From positions 10,664,001 through 10,728,000 of the forward strand of contig JAYWIR010000001.1 of the NCBI GenBank assembly GCA_036172245.1: a stretch of DNA of 64,000 nucleotides, given 5' to 3'. Under the pieces are notes generated by a model, which saw only the letters and a list, made by a program, of their open reading frames with translations, was not told the origin of the DNA and ran no database searches. This stretch comes from Raillietiella orientalis (lineage: Eukaryota). Of the stretch, positions 38,103-52,600 are shown piece after piece. The position numbers and the translations under genes were made by a program. Position 1 is the first letter of the stretch. Every line of letters begins with the position of its first letter.

Positions 38103-41100
38103 GCATCAAACGAGCAGGGCGGGCAAGCCGCAAAAAACGAGACGACGGAGGGAGCGAGGGAGAGAGGATCGAAGAAAACAACAAAAAAAAAAACATCGCG
38201 CGCATGCACGCGCGGTTCGACAGAAGGGAGAAGAAAAAAAAAAAAGAGGGGGGGAGGGAGAAGGGGAGGGAAGCGCACGCTTAATGGTTCTGAAACGTCT
38301 GGTCCGGACCCCGTCCCTTCCCCTCTTTCCCACCCTCGCACGCGCGCGGATGGCCCTCGTTCCCCCCGTGGTCTCGGCCGCGATCGTCGCCAAAGGCTGG
38401 ACGCTCCGCGGCGCCAAGCCGCGAATGACCGACTTCCACCGCTGGCGCCACCGCCGCCACCACGCACGGCCATACGGGCCATCCTTCGGAACCGGGCCGA
38501 GAGAAAGACCTCCCGCCCGCCCTTCGGAACAAAAACAAGCAAGCAGGCAGACGAGAAATGCGTCCGCCTGTCTTCCGGGCAACGGGGACGGACTTGCCCC
38601 GGCTGACGAAAGACTCGCACGCGTTCCCTGGATGCCGAACTCGTCCAGAAGACGAGCGGACCGCGGAACGGGAGACCAGGGCGCGCCCGGGACTCGCCAC
38701 CGAAGAATGGCACGACCAAGCTTCAGGTGGTGGCGCCAACGCGAGGCCACCGACAGCGCGGAGGAAAGGGGGCGGGAGGAAGGCCCGACGGGCTGCGAGC
38801 CCACGGTCTCGCAAAGTCCCTCCGAGAGAGGCGAAGGAAAGCGCGGGCTGGAGGGCCGCCGACTGAGCAGCAGCAGTCAGCGTGAAGATGACAGCCAGAC
38901 TGGCCCGTGCAGCGCTGCCGCCGTGGGAAAAGGCATCCTGGCAACACGTGGGGCGCACCAACAAACAGACCCAATCGGGTAGCCGCTTGGAAAGTTCTTC
39001 GCAAGAGAACTCCCTTCCGTCCCCTTCCATCATTCCCGACTGGATCCTCGCGGCGGCGGCGTGAAACCCGGCTCCCGCGTTTTCCCATGTCGTGCGCCGC
39101 CCCGCGCCTGGAGCACCCAGTTTTTTCTTTCGGAACGAAGGAGGGGGGGGGGGCGAGGGTTGAGAGGGAGGAAGAAGGGAACAAGGGGGGAAGAAGAAGA
39201 GCAAACACCCCCAGCGCCGGGAGAAGTCGAGAGCTTGGACGTGTTCCGCTTGTGTGGGGGCGCGCCTTCCGGCCTGAGCGTGACGCTCTTCGCCCGAGGG
39301 AGCGAGAACACCACCACCACCACCACGCGCACGCGCCTGGGCGATCGGGGCTCACCCTTGTCGCGATCCGCCCCTCCGCTTCCGGCACGCTCATCAGAGC
39401 AGGGCTTGGGAGAGCGCGGGGAGGGTTGCCGAGGGCCTCTCCGGCCCCTTGCGTGAAGTGGGCAGAGGGGGAGAGAGGGTCGAAGCTTCCGGTGCAACCC
39501 AGCGGTCTGTTCCCCATCTCTGCCCTCCAAAGCATCCGCTCTCGATTGAGGAAGGCGTTTTTCGGGATGCGCAGCGTGGCGCCTTCCGGACACGCAAAAA
39601 AAAAAAAAAAAAAAAAAACCGTTAGACGAAACGCTCTCCGTACGGCTGCTTCCCTTCTTTCTCCTCAAGGGTCCGTGACGACGGGGAAAGGGGGAAACTC
39701 GCCCCCTGGATCCTCGCCGACGCCTCTTTCGTATCCCTCGCGCTCTCTCTCCACTGGTGGATTCGTGGCCTCGCGGAAACCTCTGCGAAGAGCGAGCGAG
39801 CCGAGGCGCACCTCCTGGAAAACAGCTGGCCGCCGGCTGTGCCACGCGAACACCGTGATGATGCTCCCCGGAGGTCGTTCCGAGTGACCAGGAAATCCAC
39901 TCCCAGCCACCTGATGCGCGCAGCTACTCCTCTCCGTGGCTCCCATCTTCCATGCAGGGTTGTTGGTTTCCCCCTCACACGATTTGCACGTTCGATGCGT
40001 GACGGTCGGACGCATCCGTGACGTAACGACTCCATTGTTCAAGATGCGGATTTTCCCCGTCACGTTTATCTTTTCTTCTTCCTCCTCCTTCTTCTTCTTC
40101 GGGCTTCCCCATCCTGCTCCACCGCACCGCGCGAGGCTTGGCTCACGTTCGACGCGATCGGGATGTTCGGCAGGGAAAATTCCCGAGCCCTCAGAGCGTA
40201 GAGGCCCTATGGGGGTTTGTTCGCTTTCCGCCGCGGCGACCGCGCGTAGGGAATAAGGGCTCTCCCGGTTCCCCGAGGGGCTGCCGCATTCGAGCGCACG
40301 CACGCCTTCCCGCCGATCCCTGGGAGGAGGAAGACAGGATGCGCGCAGTCCGTGGGCATCGACGGCTTTCGAGGTGAATCGCGCGGCACGGCGTTTTACG
40401 ACCCACGCGGTTTTCGATGTTGATGGTTCGGTCGCGTTGCCTGGGCGACGACGCAAGGAAACAATGCACTCGCGCGCACTTCGCTGCCACCGCGCGGTCG
40501 GCCGTGTGCATATGTGTACATGTGTGTACTACACACAGGGACACGCTTTCTGGCACAAAGGAAAGCAGCTCGGAAACTAGAAGCTCGCAGGGTTGTCGGC
40601 ACCGCAACCAAAGGAAGGTGCTAAGAAAAAAAAAAAAAAAGAGGGGAGAGGGGGGGGGGCACTCCTCTGGGGGTACGTTCGGGTAATTCATAAAAATGGC
40701 AAGACGCTGCCGTAAAACACGCACGCACGCATAGATAAAGATCCGAGGGCTGTCCCTAGCTGGGAGGAAGCATTTTCGCGAGAACATCTATCTATCCCGC
40801 CCTCTACGAGGAGGCGGCAGGGGCACACATGAAGAGGCGCTCGGGAGGAGGTAAGATGGGGCCCAGCGAGGAGGGAAGTTTCCTTCTTGTAGGTGGAAAA
40901 AACTCTCCGTTCATAGATCTGTGCTCTGACGCGAATTCGAGCGAAAGAGGAGGAAAGCATTTGGATCGGACTCGAAAATTCGGAAACCGGAAATTCGTCA
41001 GACCGAACATCGTTGACAGTCACACACACACACAAAGAAGAAGAAGAAGAAAAAAACGAATCACTCGTGACAGATGCGCAAAGACCATCCGTCTCCCTGG

Positions 41101-44100
41101 GAAACTGGGGCGCAGCAGATTCGCCGTAGGACAGGACAAAAACGCGGGAGCGGTCGGAATGCGGCAGGATGCAGGAGTGCCGTCCCTTGGAAAGTGCTGT
41201 CCGGGGACGGAGGAGCGCAGGGGAGGGGAGGGATCCGGGGATGAGGGGGGAGGGAGGGAAACCATGCCGACGGACCTCTGCGAGGAGCGCAACAGTGGTG
41301 AAGCCTTGAACAATGAGGGAGAAGCACACGCTGTTGCGAGGGGAGGGCAAGGAGGGATGCGCCCGCCGGGTTCGCTGGCGGAAGGGGAACGAAAGGAAGC
41401 GGGCGGCTCGCACTCCCGCACGCTCACGTACGTATTTCCGGGACTCTTCCAAACGAAGAGGAAGCTCCTCCTCACGCATTTCCCTTCTCTCCCTCCCCTC
41501 CTTTTTCAATAAAGAATAAATAGGTAAGAATAGGAAAAGCAGGAGGCATTGGCCAGGTCCGACGGCGACTGTCCGATTGGCCCGTCCTCCAAGCGGGGGG
41601 CGAACAGGGCCCGCTCCCGGCTGGTGCTTCCCGGACTAGCTCTAAAGAAAAAATGGCAAGCGGGCGCCCGCTTGGAGGACTCCGTGCCTGCAGCCTCCGG
41701 CCTGCCCTTGGCGCTCGCTGAGGAGCCGACTTTTCCCTTTCCGAGACCCTTCCGACCCCCTCTCATCCCCCCGTTTTCGTAAGGGTGGGACTAGGGCTGC
41801 CGAGAGTAGACCGTCCCAGAGGGATCTCCTTGACCGGCGCCCCCTTGCAGAAGAGGAAAGACTCGCGCGCCCTCAAGACAGAGAGAACGCGAGGTGTGGC
41901 CTTCCTCTCCCCCCCTCCCCGGGGAGGAGAGGAAAAAAAAAAAAAAAAAAAAAAGGAAATGGCAAAGCGGCGGCGGAGCTTTCCCGTCTTCCCTCCTCCC
42001 TCTCGAAGTGGGTCGTCGGCAGATGGACCGATAACGAACGCTGCTGCCGCGACACCCGATGCGGTAGCGGCGGCGGCAGGGAAGGAGGGGGGAACGGTCG
42101 AGAGGGGCCGAGATCCTCCCCCGCGCGCGCGCGGCGGAGGCGTTTACGCTCCCACACGCGCGCAAGCGCGGATGAGGCGGCGGCCGCATCTGCAGCGGCG
42201 GGCACTCGTGCGAGCCATCTTCCAGCGGACGCCAGAACGGAGTCTCCTCGGAAGGGTACCTCCGCGACGCGCTACCATAGCGACGGCGGTGGAAGCACGC
42301 ACGGCTTTTAATCCCTCCCCCCTCCTTCCCTGCCCGCCCGCGCGCCTCCGCAGCGCGCGTGCGCGCGAGCGGGCGCGGCCTCCCTCCGCAACTTCTGAAT
42401 GAGTCGCCTCCGAGCGCGCGCGCGCATAGGAGAGGAAGCGAAAGAGAGAAGGGCCAGCGGGGCGGGGACGGCTCCCGGCGGCGCCGCAACGGAACCGGGG
42501 GCTTGTCCACCCCTGGAAAGAGGACCTCTTCCCCCGCCGTTCCTCCAAGACAGCGCGCCTGCTTGTGCCAGCTCGGAAGCAGTTCCTCTCGGGAGGAAGA
42601 GAACAAACTACCTGTGGCTCTCCCGTTCCCACGTCCGAGGAAGGAAGGAGAGGGGGAGGGAGGGAGGGGGGGGGGGAAGCGACTCAGCAGGAGCGACACG
42701 ATACGCGTTCGCTGAACTTCCGCAAACGGGATGGCGCCCTTTCAGGCAAGGCCTCTCCAACCTCCCGCGTGGCCGGAAGTCGAGACTGCCAGTCCCCCCC
42801 CCCCCCGACACAGGAAGGCCTGCTGGTCCAGTTCTCCCACCTCCCATGCTTCTCTGTCAACGCCTGGTTGTTCTCATTTCCGAAGGGCGAAAGGGAAGAA
42901 GAGAAGCAGGGTGGAGGAGAGAGAGAGAGAGAGATGAGGAAAAAACAAAATGTAGAGGCTGTCTGTGCCGAAGACTTGGCCTAGCGCAACCTGTCAATAA
43001 ATGGAATAGACGCATGCGTGCACTGCAGGGCGCCGTTTCGCCGAAAAGAAGCGAAACGCCCACGAGGCTACGACAGCAACAATACGCCAGCGTTGGAGCC
43101 AAAACAGGAAAAGAGGGAGAGGCTACGGCGCGCAGCGAAGGATCGCAAAATGCCGGGTGGAAACGCGCAAGATACAGTTTGCGTGCCCTTCTGGGTGCGA
43201 GAGCTCACCTGCTTTCAAAGGGGGAACGAAACCACCTCGACGCCATCTCTTTGCAACACACACGTCACGTGTGTATGTGCGCACACACGCACGCACACAC
43301 ACTAGCGCTCGCTCGCGTGCGCACAAGTAGGACGACAAAGAGCCGTGCATCCTGATTGAGACTACGCCCGGTGCTCCCCCAGTGCTCCCCGCGGTTTTTT
43401 CCCCGGCGGACACCCCCAAGGTCCCTTCGGGGATGCTCTCGCGCTTCGCGAGGGGAACCGGAACCGGTGCGGCTGGCCCGGTTGCCAGCAGCAACCTTCT
43501 TGGCTGGAAAATTCCGCGTGCTTCGCGTTCCGAGAGAGACGACGTCACGGGTTCCATTGCTGCACGGCAGATCCGCGTACTCACCCCCACCCACCCCCTC
43601 CTCCCCACTCCCTCCACGAGGAGCAACGCCTTTCTTTGTGCCGCTCGGCGCCCGCGCGCGGCCGTCCGCTCGCGCGCGCGAAAACAAACGCACGGGCGAA
43701 CAGGCGGGGAGAGCAAACTGAGGAAAAAGCGGCCGGACTTGCACGTGGACTCGCAGAGCAAACACGCGTGCGTCACACCTGCTCGCGTGCTGTCCCGGAG
43801 CGGGCGATCGAGCGCGCGCGCGCCCAGTGCCGTTCCGCTTTCCTCCCCCGTCGCCGGGCGCCTAGGTGGGGGGCGGGAGGAGAATACCCGGTGAACCCGT
43901 ACCTCCTGCTGCCTGGCTGCTTCCGCTGCTTCGCGCGCCTTCACATGCAGGTCAAATGGATGGGCCTTCTCCGCCTCTTCTCTTTGCACACGAAGAGCGG
44001 CTGAGGGACAAGGAGGGAAGAGCGAGCACCTCCGCAGATCTGCCCTTCCTGCGCCTTCCTCCTCTGCCTTCGGTACAGCCACTGGAAGGGGGATGACGCA

Positions 44101-47100
44101 GACACCACAGAGGGCAAGACGAAAACGAGAGTGATGGCGAGCCGAAAGTAGGGAGAGGTCGTCCGTCAAGCAGACCCGAGGGAGAAGAGGGGAAAGGTTG
44201 TGCGCGTGCGCAAAATCGATCTGTTTGACCCTCCTCTCCGTCCGCACGAGGAAGGGTCAAGCGGCTGTTACAGTGCACGATTGAGGGTCAGAAACTACGA
44301 AACGGGAAAATACGGGAGAGAGAACTCCCTTGATCCATCACAGCTTCCGAGAGAGCACGCACGCACGCACGCACGCGGCGCCGGGAAAAGCCAGCAGCGT
44401 GCGGCGCAGTCCGGGCGTTCCGTTCACCCCCACGCGCATGCGCCGCTGCTGCCGAGCCGCTGCGCGCCCGCCATCCTGGAGTCCCTTGCGCGGGACGGGA
44501 CCGCGTTGCCTGCCACCACTCCGTTCTGCCCCCCCCCCCCCCCTCCTCGTTTCTGGACGTTTGCATTGGGTCGACGGCAGATGCGTTCCTCGTTTCCCTT
44601 GGCAACGCGCTGCTTCCGCTGCCAGGGACGGCACGCTTCGAGACGCAAAGCGGAGCTCACGAGGCTCAAGAGCTCGCCGGCACGGGGCAGGGCCGGAGCA
44701 CCCAGAGGAGGGGTGCGAGCCACTTCCGGCCACCTTCGTCCACACCCAAGGAGGCCCACCGTACTCTAGCCTCGTCCTCTGGAGACGACGCGTGGTCGCC
44801 GGCAACAATGCCGGGGAGGTCCACGTCGCCGCGCGACTTTTATTTTATTTATTTTATTTTTTTTTCTGTGCAGCGGTGGCATCCACACCACGTGACCAGC
44901 GCTCCATTCGCCGCGCGTTGCGTCACGCACGCGTTCGGACTGCGAAGACCTCGCCTGCCTTTGCCTCGCCGCCGGGCGTCGCTGGACGAGATTCTCCCCT
45001 CGCGAGCGCGCGACCAGGTTCAGCCGGCCGCCGGGGGCCACATTTTGGATCGCCGCCTCTCTCGCCCCTTCCCCTTCCCCTTGTCGCCGCCGAGGTCGGG
45101 AGCGCCAACGGCTTCCCGACGCTTCGTGGCGGGCAGGCCCTCCCAATTAACGCGTGAGCCGGTAGCGGAAGGGTCGCTTTGAGGGTCGCAGCGCGCGCGC
45201 ATCAGCACCGGATGGAGCGCAGACGCGTCCGGAGGCAGCCTCCTCCTCCCGCCCGGCCCTCCCGTCCGCTCCTGCCTCTTCCGGCGGGATGAGAAAGGAA
45301 GATCCCGACGATTTCCGAGGATACGGCTTCCCCGGATTTCCGGCCTGAGCCCCGACGCACCCACTTCCCTCCCTCCCTCGTCCCTTTTCCTCGCGGAGTC
45401 CCGGACCTCTCCGGAGCAGCCGCCAGTCCCGCTGCCGCTGGACCCGGCAAACGGGGAGGCTGGTGCCCGGGGACCGACGCAAAGATCCCTGGACGTGAGA
45501 GTTCTGGCACACCCCAGGGTTGTCTCCTGGTCGAACCCGAGAACGGGAAGCGGACGAGCCCGCCCACTTCCGGGTCGACTGGCCGCAGCTGCCGCCGCCG
45601 CTTCCGGGGCAGCCCCGGCGTCGGGCGTGGAAAGCGGAAGGAGGGGAAAGGCGCGTTCGGCGGGGATTCCACCGCTTGGCGGCCGCCGGGGTCCGTGCGC
45701 CAACTGGCGGGGCGCAACTACGGCATACCGTCGCTGGAGCGCGTCATGGAGCGGCTTTCCCAGGGGGTCTCCGGTCTCCTTGCCTTCGCTTCCCCTGGCG
45801 ATGGGCGCCTCGCGATTCCCGCCCTCCAGGGGCAGCTGCACCCAGCGGACGCGGAGCATGCGCGCGTGACCGGTGCGTAGACGAGCCGAGCACAGCGCCA
45901 GAGGTGGCGTTCCACCGGGACGGCTTCCAGTAAAGCGCCCCCGCCGGAATCGCAGCACACGCGGTGTCGGTGGTTTTCAGAGGTCTGGTGCGACCCACTG
46001 CGGTCATCTGCTCCCATCACTCGGTGTCTCCTCTCCGGTGCCCAGCAGCATCACTCGGAGCCAGGCTTCTGGTGGACTTTCCTGGTGCTTCTCTCCTCTC
46101 GGGTGGCGCATGGGGGCTGGCCCAGTCGCTGCGCCAACTCCCGACGGAGACGCATGCGCAGAGACGCTGCCTTCCCTCACCCAAAACTCCTGGCCCCCGA
46201 GTCGCGAAGGGCTACCCTGGGTAGCGGGAGTGAGGGAGATTGCGAAAGGCGAGGTCGATCCCGCCGAGATGATCGCCGTGGTCTGCCTACCTCGCCCCGC
46301 TCCCTCAGTCCCAGTGCCTCCTGCGCTCATCCGGGACGCCGCGCGGCGTTTCCTAAGCGACCCATCCTAGAGGGAAGGGGAGAGAAGCCGGACGGGGTGC
46401 AGCGGTGGTGCCACCTTCCCTCGCTCTCTCGGCCGGAGGGACGCAGCGCTGCTCCTGTGGGAGGCGCCGCCTCCGGAACGTGCGCTCGCACCGGCAGCAA
46501 CCGCCCCCTCCCTCCCTCCCCAGCGCCTGCGCTCAGCGGCAGTTTTTATTTTTGGCTGCGCACTCCTGCCGCTTCCTGTCGGCACTGGGCGGCCGGGTGA
46601 GATGGCCCCACCCTGCTCTCTGCCGCCGCCTGGGGGCGCAAGACGGAGTCTGGTCGTCCCGGGGAATGACCTCGCGGGTGGATGAAAGGAGGGGCGGAGG
46701 ACAAGCGCGGCGGCGGGTCCGAGGCAACGGCGGCGGTGGCGTCCGACTGAGAAGGAGGCGGCTCGGCGGAGGTCCCGGTGCCGCGGTAACGGGGAGGAAG
46801 AGATCCCCTTGCCCTTGTTGTCCTCTTCACCGCCCTGGCGCGCCCCACGGGAGGGGCCTCCTCGTGATGAGGGAAGGGAAGGCAGGGCGACCCCTGCCGG
46901 CGTGCCACCCTTCTCCCGACTCGTCGCCAGGAACGTCCAGCTGGTTGCGCTCGGCGTCCTGCCGAGTAAGAGGGGCTCACAGCAGGAAGAAGGGAGCGTG
47001 AGCTGCGCAGGTGGCGGGGACGGTGGTGCCGAGGAGGGCGTTCCTGGAAAAGGGGTGACCGCTGACCCTTGCGGCTGCTCCCGTAAGCCGCGGGGGCGAG

Positions 47101-48332
47101 GGCTGGGGACGAGGCTGATCCTCCCCCTTCACCCTCGGAGCGTCACCTCTCTTCCGTGGCTGCTGACCCGCCCCGAGTCATCTTGCCCTGAGGGTGTTTG
47201 ACCGCGCCCGCATGGGCCGCGGGGACGGAACGAAGGTGGCGGGGCTCCAGCTGACCCTGACCGCCCTGCTCTCGACCTCGCGTCCCGGAAAGCGCAAGGC
47301 CTGGTGAGGCGGTAGGGTACTGCGGCCGTCCCCGCGGCAACGCGTCCGTGCACGGAGACGCAGGCAGCGCCGGTTGCGGATGCGGCCGGCGCGTCAGGAC
47401 GGAGAGAGGGGCGGAGCACCGGAAGGCCCGTTCCGTCCCGGAGTGGAAGTGTTGTTCCGCGCGCAGTGTTGCCAGTAAATCACAGGGTGCTTCCTGGCCT
47501 CTGCACCTCCTCTCCCTAGTCCCCTTCCCGGACGTGCAAACAGGGCGCAGTCTCAACCGTAAATCAAGGGATCGAACTGGTCCCAGGAGGACCAATCAGA
47601 ACAGGGAAGAAGCGAAGAGTTCGCGCGCGCACATCCCGCGGGAGGCGCACGGCAGCAGCGGCGGGTGGCTCGCACCGACGGGTCTCCCACGCCAGGAGGA
47701 GGAGGAGGGATGGGCGGACGAGGCCCGCTAGATCCGCGGAGAACCCGCGTGATGCGGCGAGAAGTACGGACAAAGAGCTTCGAAGAGATAAATGCGCAGG
47801 GGGGGGGGGGGAGGAGGTGAAGAGGAGAGATGGAGGAGGCAGATACCGGGAGAGGGAGGGGGGAACGAAAGCGTACCACGCGGAAAACAGGAGGAGAGAG
47901 GAAAATAAATAATTCATAAGGGCGAGCGCAAACACAGACGGCGACCTGACAGACAATTAACGAAAAATGACAACAAATAGACAAACAACGGGGGAAAAAA
48001 GAGAAAGAAAGAAGGAAGAGAAGAGAGGAGAGGCAGGAGGAGAACGGTATGGAGAATGGGGTCGGGAGTCTGCGAGACGGAAGGGAGATGGGGGGGGGGG
48101 GGGGGGGGAAGACACGAGAGATGCCTATCGCGGACGGCGGATCGGCTCGGGCGGCAATCGAACAAATACGGCCGGGCGGCGCGACCGCCCGAGCCACGGG
48201 AGGCGCCTCCTCCCGCCACCGCGGTCCTCCCCGCCTCCCTGGGGAAACGCGAAAGGCGCGCGGGGACGGCGCTACGTGCCCACCGCGCGGCAATCTCTCC
48301 CGCTGGCCACCCTCCCAGCCTCATGCACCACG

Positions 48333-48334
<2 letters not shown>

Positions 48335-48364
<30 letters not shown>
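48335..48364. repeat. (CT)n microsatellite
   Basis: About 15 TC units. Confidence 0.9.
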
Positions 48365-48366
<2 letters not shown>

Positions 48367-48479
48367 CTTCCGTTCTGCCACACGCGCATGCGCCGGGCGA
48401 GCGTACGTGCGCGCGCGGCAAGGAACGCACGTGTGCGTGTGCGTGCGCCCCCATGTCTGTGCCTTGGAGACACGCGCAC

Positions 48480-49393
48480 ACACTTATACAAACGTATGTG
48501 TATTTCTTCTGGTTATCTCGTCTGTATGTGACATGTAGGTGTGTGTGTGTGTGTGTGTACATGGGAAAGAGGTACACACTCGTACGAGTGTGTGGGGATA
48601 TACACAGAAATATACGGTATGCACGTGCATACGTACGCGCGCGCCGGTGTCTGTGTCCCGGAGAAAAACACATGCACACTTACATACGTATGTGTGTTTC
48701 TTGCAGCTCGCTCACGGGAGAGAAACGCGCTACACGCACAAGTGTGTGCGCGTGTCTCTCGTCTGTATGTAAATGTGATATGTAAGTGAGTATATATGGA
48801 AAACACATATGTATACATATGTGTATTTCTGTGTACATGGGAAAGATCAACTCCCTTCGACTGTGTAGGATATACATAGAAATGTCGAGTGTGTGTGTGT
48901 TTCAAGTGTGTGGGACGTACATACAGATGTATACTCATGCATCGCGTAAGTGTATATATCTATGATACGAACACACACACATATGTATACATATGTCTGT
49001 TTCTGTGCACTTGGGAAAGTTACACTCACGTATGAATGTGTAGGATACACATGATACACACACAAATATATTGGTATACGTGTGCATACATGAACAAACA
49101 TACACATTCGTACATCTGTGTGTTTCCCTGTACATGGGAACAGGTAAGCACACGTACAAGTGTGTGGGACGGGTACAGAAATGTATAGTACACTTTGATG
49201 GTTACTACATTCACATACACGCGTGTGTGCAGCATGAGTGTGCACATGTGATGACACCACACACATATACCTATCTATACATATATGTGTCTGTCTTTGT
49301 ACATGGAAAGGAGCTATACACACGCATATGAAAGTGTAAGATATACACAGAAATACATAGTATGCATGTGCATATGTGACACATGTGCGCACG

Positions 49394-49444
<51 letters not shown>

Positions 49445-49660
49445 GGAATGTACATAGACTTGTATACTGCACTTACACGCACATATAGCATAAGTGAGGG
49501 AGTATATGTGATGACTCACACGCATATGATTATGCATATGTGTGCTTCTGTGTACATGGGAAAGAGGTGCACACAAATACGAGTGTGTAGGATTTACACA
49601 GAGATATGTATTTTGCGTGTGAACATGTGAACACGCAAATACACAGAAACACACGAAGGC
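48480..49660. repeat. Degenerate minisatellite with core TGTACATGGGAAAG...GTGTRGGATATACACAGAAAT in (CA)/(TG)/(TA) tracts
   Basis: Recognisable cores start near 48556, 48832, 49006, 49129, 49298 and 49551; the block is an AT-richer island within GC-rich flanks. Confidence 0.8.
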
Positions 49661-52600
49661 ACTCTCTTGTACACGGTGTCTGTCCCTTTCCGCACGGGCT
49701 GGGCGAGCGCCTCGGGTGCGCACTTCCTGCCGATCGCGCCGACTTCTTTGGTACGTGCGAAGAGGCAGAGAAAATGCTGCTGCAAAGCGCTGGAAGCAGA
49801 GATGGTCTCTCAGCGAAGAGGGCGTTCTATCGGAGCAAAGGGTGCGCCCTCTTTCCTTGTTCAGGTTAAAAAGGCAACGAACACGCACACGAGACACCTT
49901 CCCCCGAAGCCGCGAGGCAAAAAAAAAGGTGAAGAGATGAAGGATGCGCGGGGAGTGAAAGAAAACGCGAATGGTGGCGCGATAGATGGGCGCGGCTTGG
50001 TTTCCGAAGGGCCCCACTGGGCGGTGAGGGCGCGAAGATTCGCCTGATTTTCATGTAAAAGCCGAGACGGGGTGGGGAGCTCCCGATCGTTCGGCCCGTA
50101 GCCCGAAGCCGGGGAGGACCCTTCCTTCCCACGGTACCATACACGCGTGCGTGTACGCGTGTTTCTTTCCCTCATCGTTCGTTTACGGGACCCCCCGCTC
50201 TTCGGAGCACCAACGGTCGAGGAGCCAATTCGTCTCCACCCGCGCGAAGCAGCAAAGAATCTGCACGGCACGCGACGACGCTTCCGTCGAACTCCGTCCA
50301 TCATCGCTCCGTCATGTCATCAACCAGCTGTCATTGAAGGCAGCTGAGGTTCGGAGCCAAACCCGAGAAGGCGGCGAGGGCGACTTTGCTGCTGCTTTTC
50401 GTGCGCCGTTCGTTCCGGGAAAAGCAGAGAACGGCGCCACGTGGGACCTGGCGACCGTACGTACATTCTTTATCCCCCAGTTCTAAAGTTCAATAAAATG
50501 GAGTGCGTGGCTTCCACGTGTGTCAAATCCCTGGACTGAAGGCTTGGGCGGGTCCGCTGGGAACCCGAAGTTCCCCGAACTGGGTTTCCCTTCGGAGCCC
50601 TCGCAAGTCTTCCGTCGCACTGACCTCGGGTGTGAATTCCCTTGATGTTGGCAGGAATCCATCTGGGAACACACGGGGGTGAAATGATCTCGGAACCTCC
50701 GGAAGGCGACCCCATACCGGAAGCGCACCCACGATCGAATAGATTCACGAAGAAGGGGGAAAAAAGGAAAAAGGAAGACGAACGAGTAGGGTGGACCGAT
50801 GCTGTCTCACTTTTATCCGTTCCCTTCCACAGGCGAGCCGTCCAGCGGTGGTCAAACTGAGGCGAGGGGAAGCAAATCCCGTCTTGCACGCCTCCGGCTG
50901 CCGAACCAGAGAGAAGACGACGGCGAGCCGCAGAGGCAGCATCCGAGCCGAAGGAGAAAATTCTCCAGCTTCCAGGCAGCGCGAAAACAGCACGCGCGCA
51001 CACATACGTATGTTCCCCCTCGAAATCGAATTCCACGGGCGAGAAAAACTGAAGTCCCAAGGGTCGTTCGCAGCTTTCCCAGTTCTGCACCCCGAAATTC
51101 CCGACGGGCGTGGCTGCCTCCGAGTTTTCCACACACTTTTCCTCCACCGCGTTCGGAAAAGATCGAGAGGCAAAGCGGATGGGGCGAGTGGAATGAAATA
51201 AGATGGAACACCATCCGCCACGGCACGGGGGGGAACCTTTAAGAATCCCCGCCACCCCCCCTCTCCTGCCTAAACGGAAGGAGGGGAAAAGTCTGCGGAC
51301 CAAAACGCCTGTTGCACGTCGCGCCCCGTCAGAAAGCGTGCGCTCGGGGAAACACCGAAAATCAGCGGCGGCAATCGACCGAGGTGTGCTCTTCCGTGGA
51401 AGCTGCAGTCGAATTTCCATCCTCCTCGATCTGTCGTCACAGAGGCGCGCCGAGCTCCGGGGATGAATGCGACGACGTGGCGTTTGGATTGTCCACGTGG
51501 GCGCGCGCGCTGCGGCTGCACCTCTGACGTCCCCAAACGGCAGTAACGTAAGACGTGTCAATGATCGCAGCAAAAACAATAATAACACTAATTTTTGTCT
51601 CCTCGTCTTCCCGTTCCCGGATGCGTACCGTGAAAGTTGAATCCCGGAAACGCAGCCGCGAAAGGTTTCTCTTAAGCGGAAGTCTATCGCTCGTTTTCTT
51701 CGGGAGCCTGGCAAATCCCACATGCTCAAGCACTCCTGCCGGATACTGCTGCAGATGCAAACAGCACTTTATCGTTCCGTGGCGCTGGTGTCTGTCTTCC
51801 TGTCCCAGGAAATCAGTTCTGCTAGGCCGATGAAGCGGCCCGGCAGAACTGGTAAATGAGGAAGCCATCCAGTAATCGCTTCCGAGCTCTCGCATCCGTG
51901 TCTCCTATTTTAATTGTTGAGTGTACGGCGGAGGAAGATGCTGTTTTCCTTTTCTTGCTTCAGATAATCATTTGATGGTCATTCTGGGAATGGCCGAGGA
52001 AGGACTGACGCTAATTCTTCCGCGGAGCATTCCTTCCCCTGGAGAAACCCCGAAAGGAATGCAACCGTGGAGCACCGCGGAACATCGTCGCCGCCGCACC
52101 CGAGTGGGCGCGCGCACTCCCACGGATCGCCTCGCGTCCTCCGCGGACGGAGCAGGATCGGAAGTTTCCCCAGCAACGTGCGTCTCCGGCGTGGATGTCC
52201 TGCTGCTTCCTCCTCCTCCTCTTCCCTTCCACCTCCTTCTTCTCCCTTCCTTCTCTTCCCTCACTCCTCCCTTCTTCCCCTCCCCCCTTTTCCTCTTCCT
52301 CTCTCCTCCTCTCTTCTTTCTCTTTCCCTCCTCCTCCCCCTCCTCCGCCGTGAGCGCGCGACCGCCTCCCTGCGTGGGCGGCGCACGCTCCTCGCGAGGT
52401 ACTTGAGGCCGGATGCTGCGATTCGGTTCGCGACCACGGTCCAGAGGAAGCTGCGGGTGCCGCCTCCGCGCTGCCTCGAAGGGCAAATCAACTCTTCCGT
52501 CCCTTTCGGCTGTGGGTGGCCGTGGAGCAGAACCCTGGCGTCACCAGCGGAGGGGGAGGGGAGAGGGGGAGGAAGAGGCCTCCCTCCCCCCGCGAGGCAC

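Noticed and set aside
48480..49660. Repeat-and-spacer layout resembling a CRISPR array
   Set aside because: The context is eukaryotic, the repeats are degenerate, spacer lengths vary widely and are low-complexity, and there are no cas genes.
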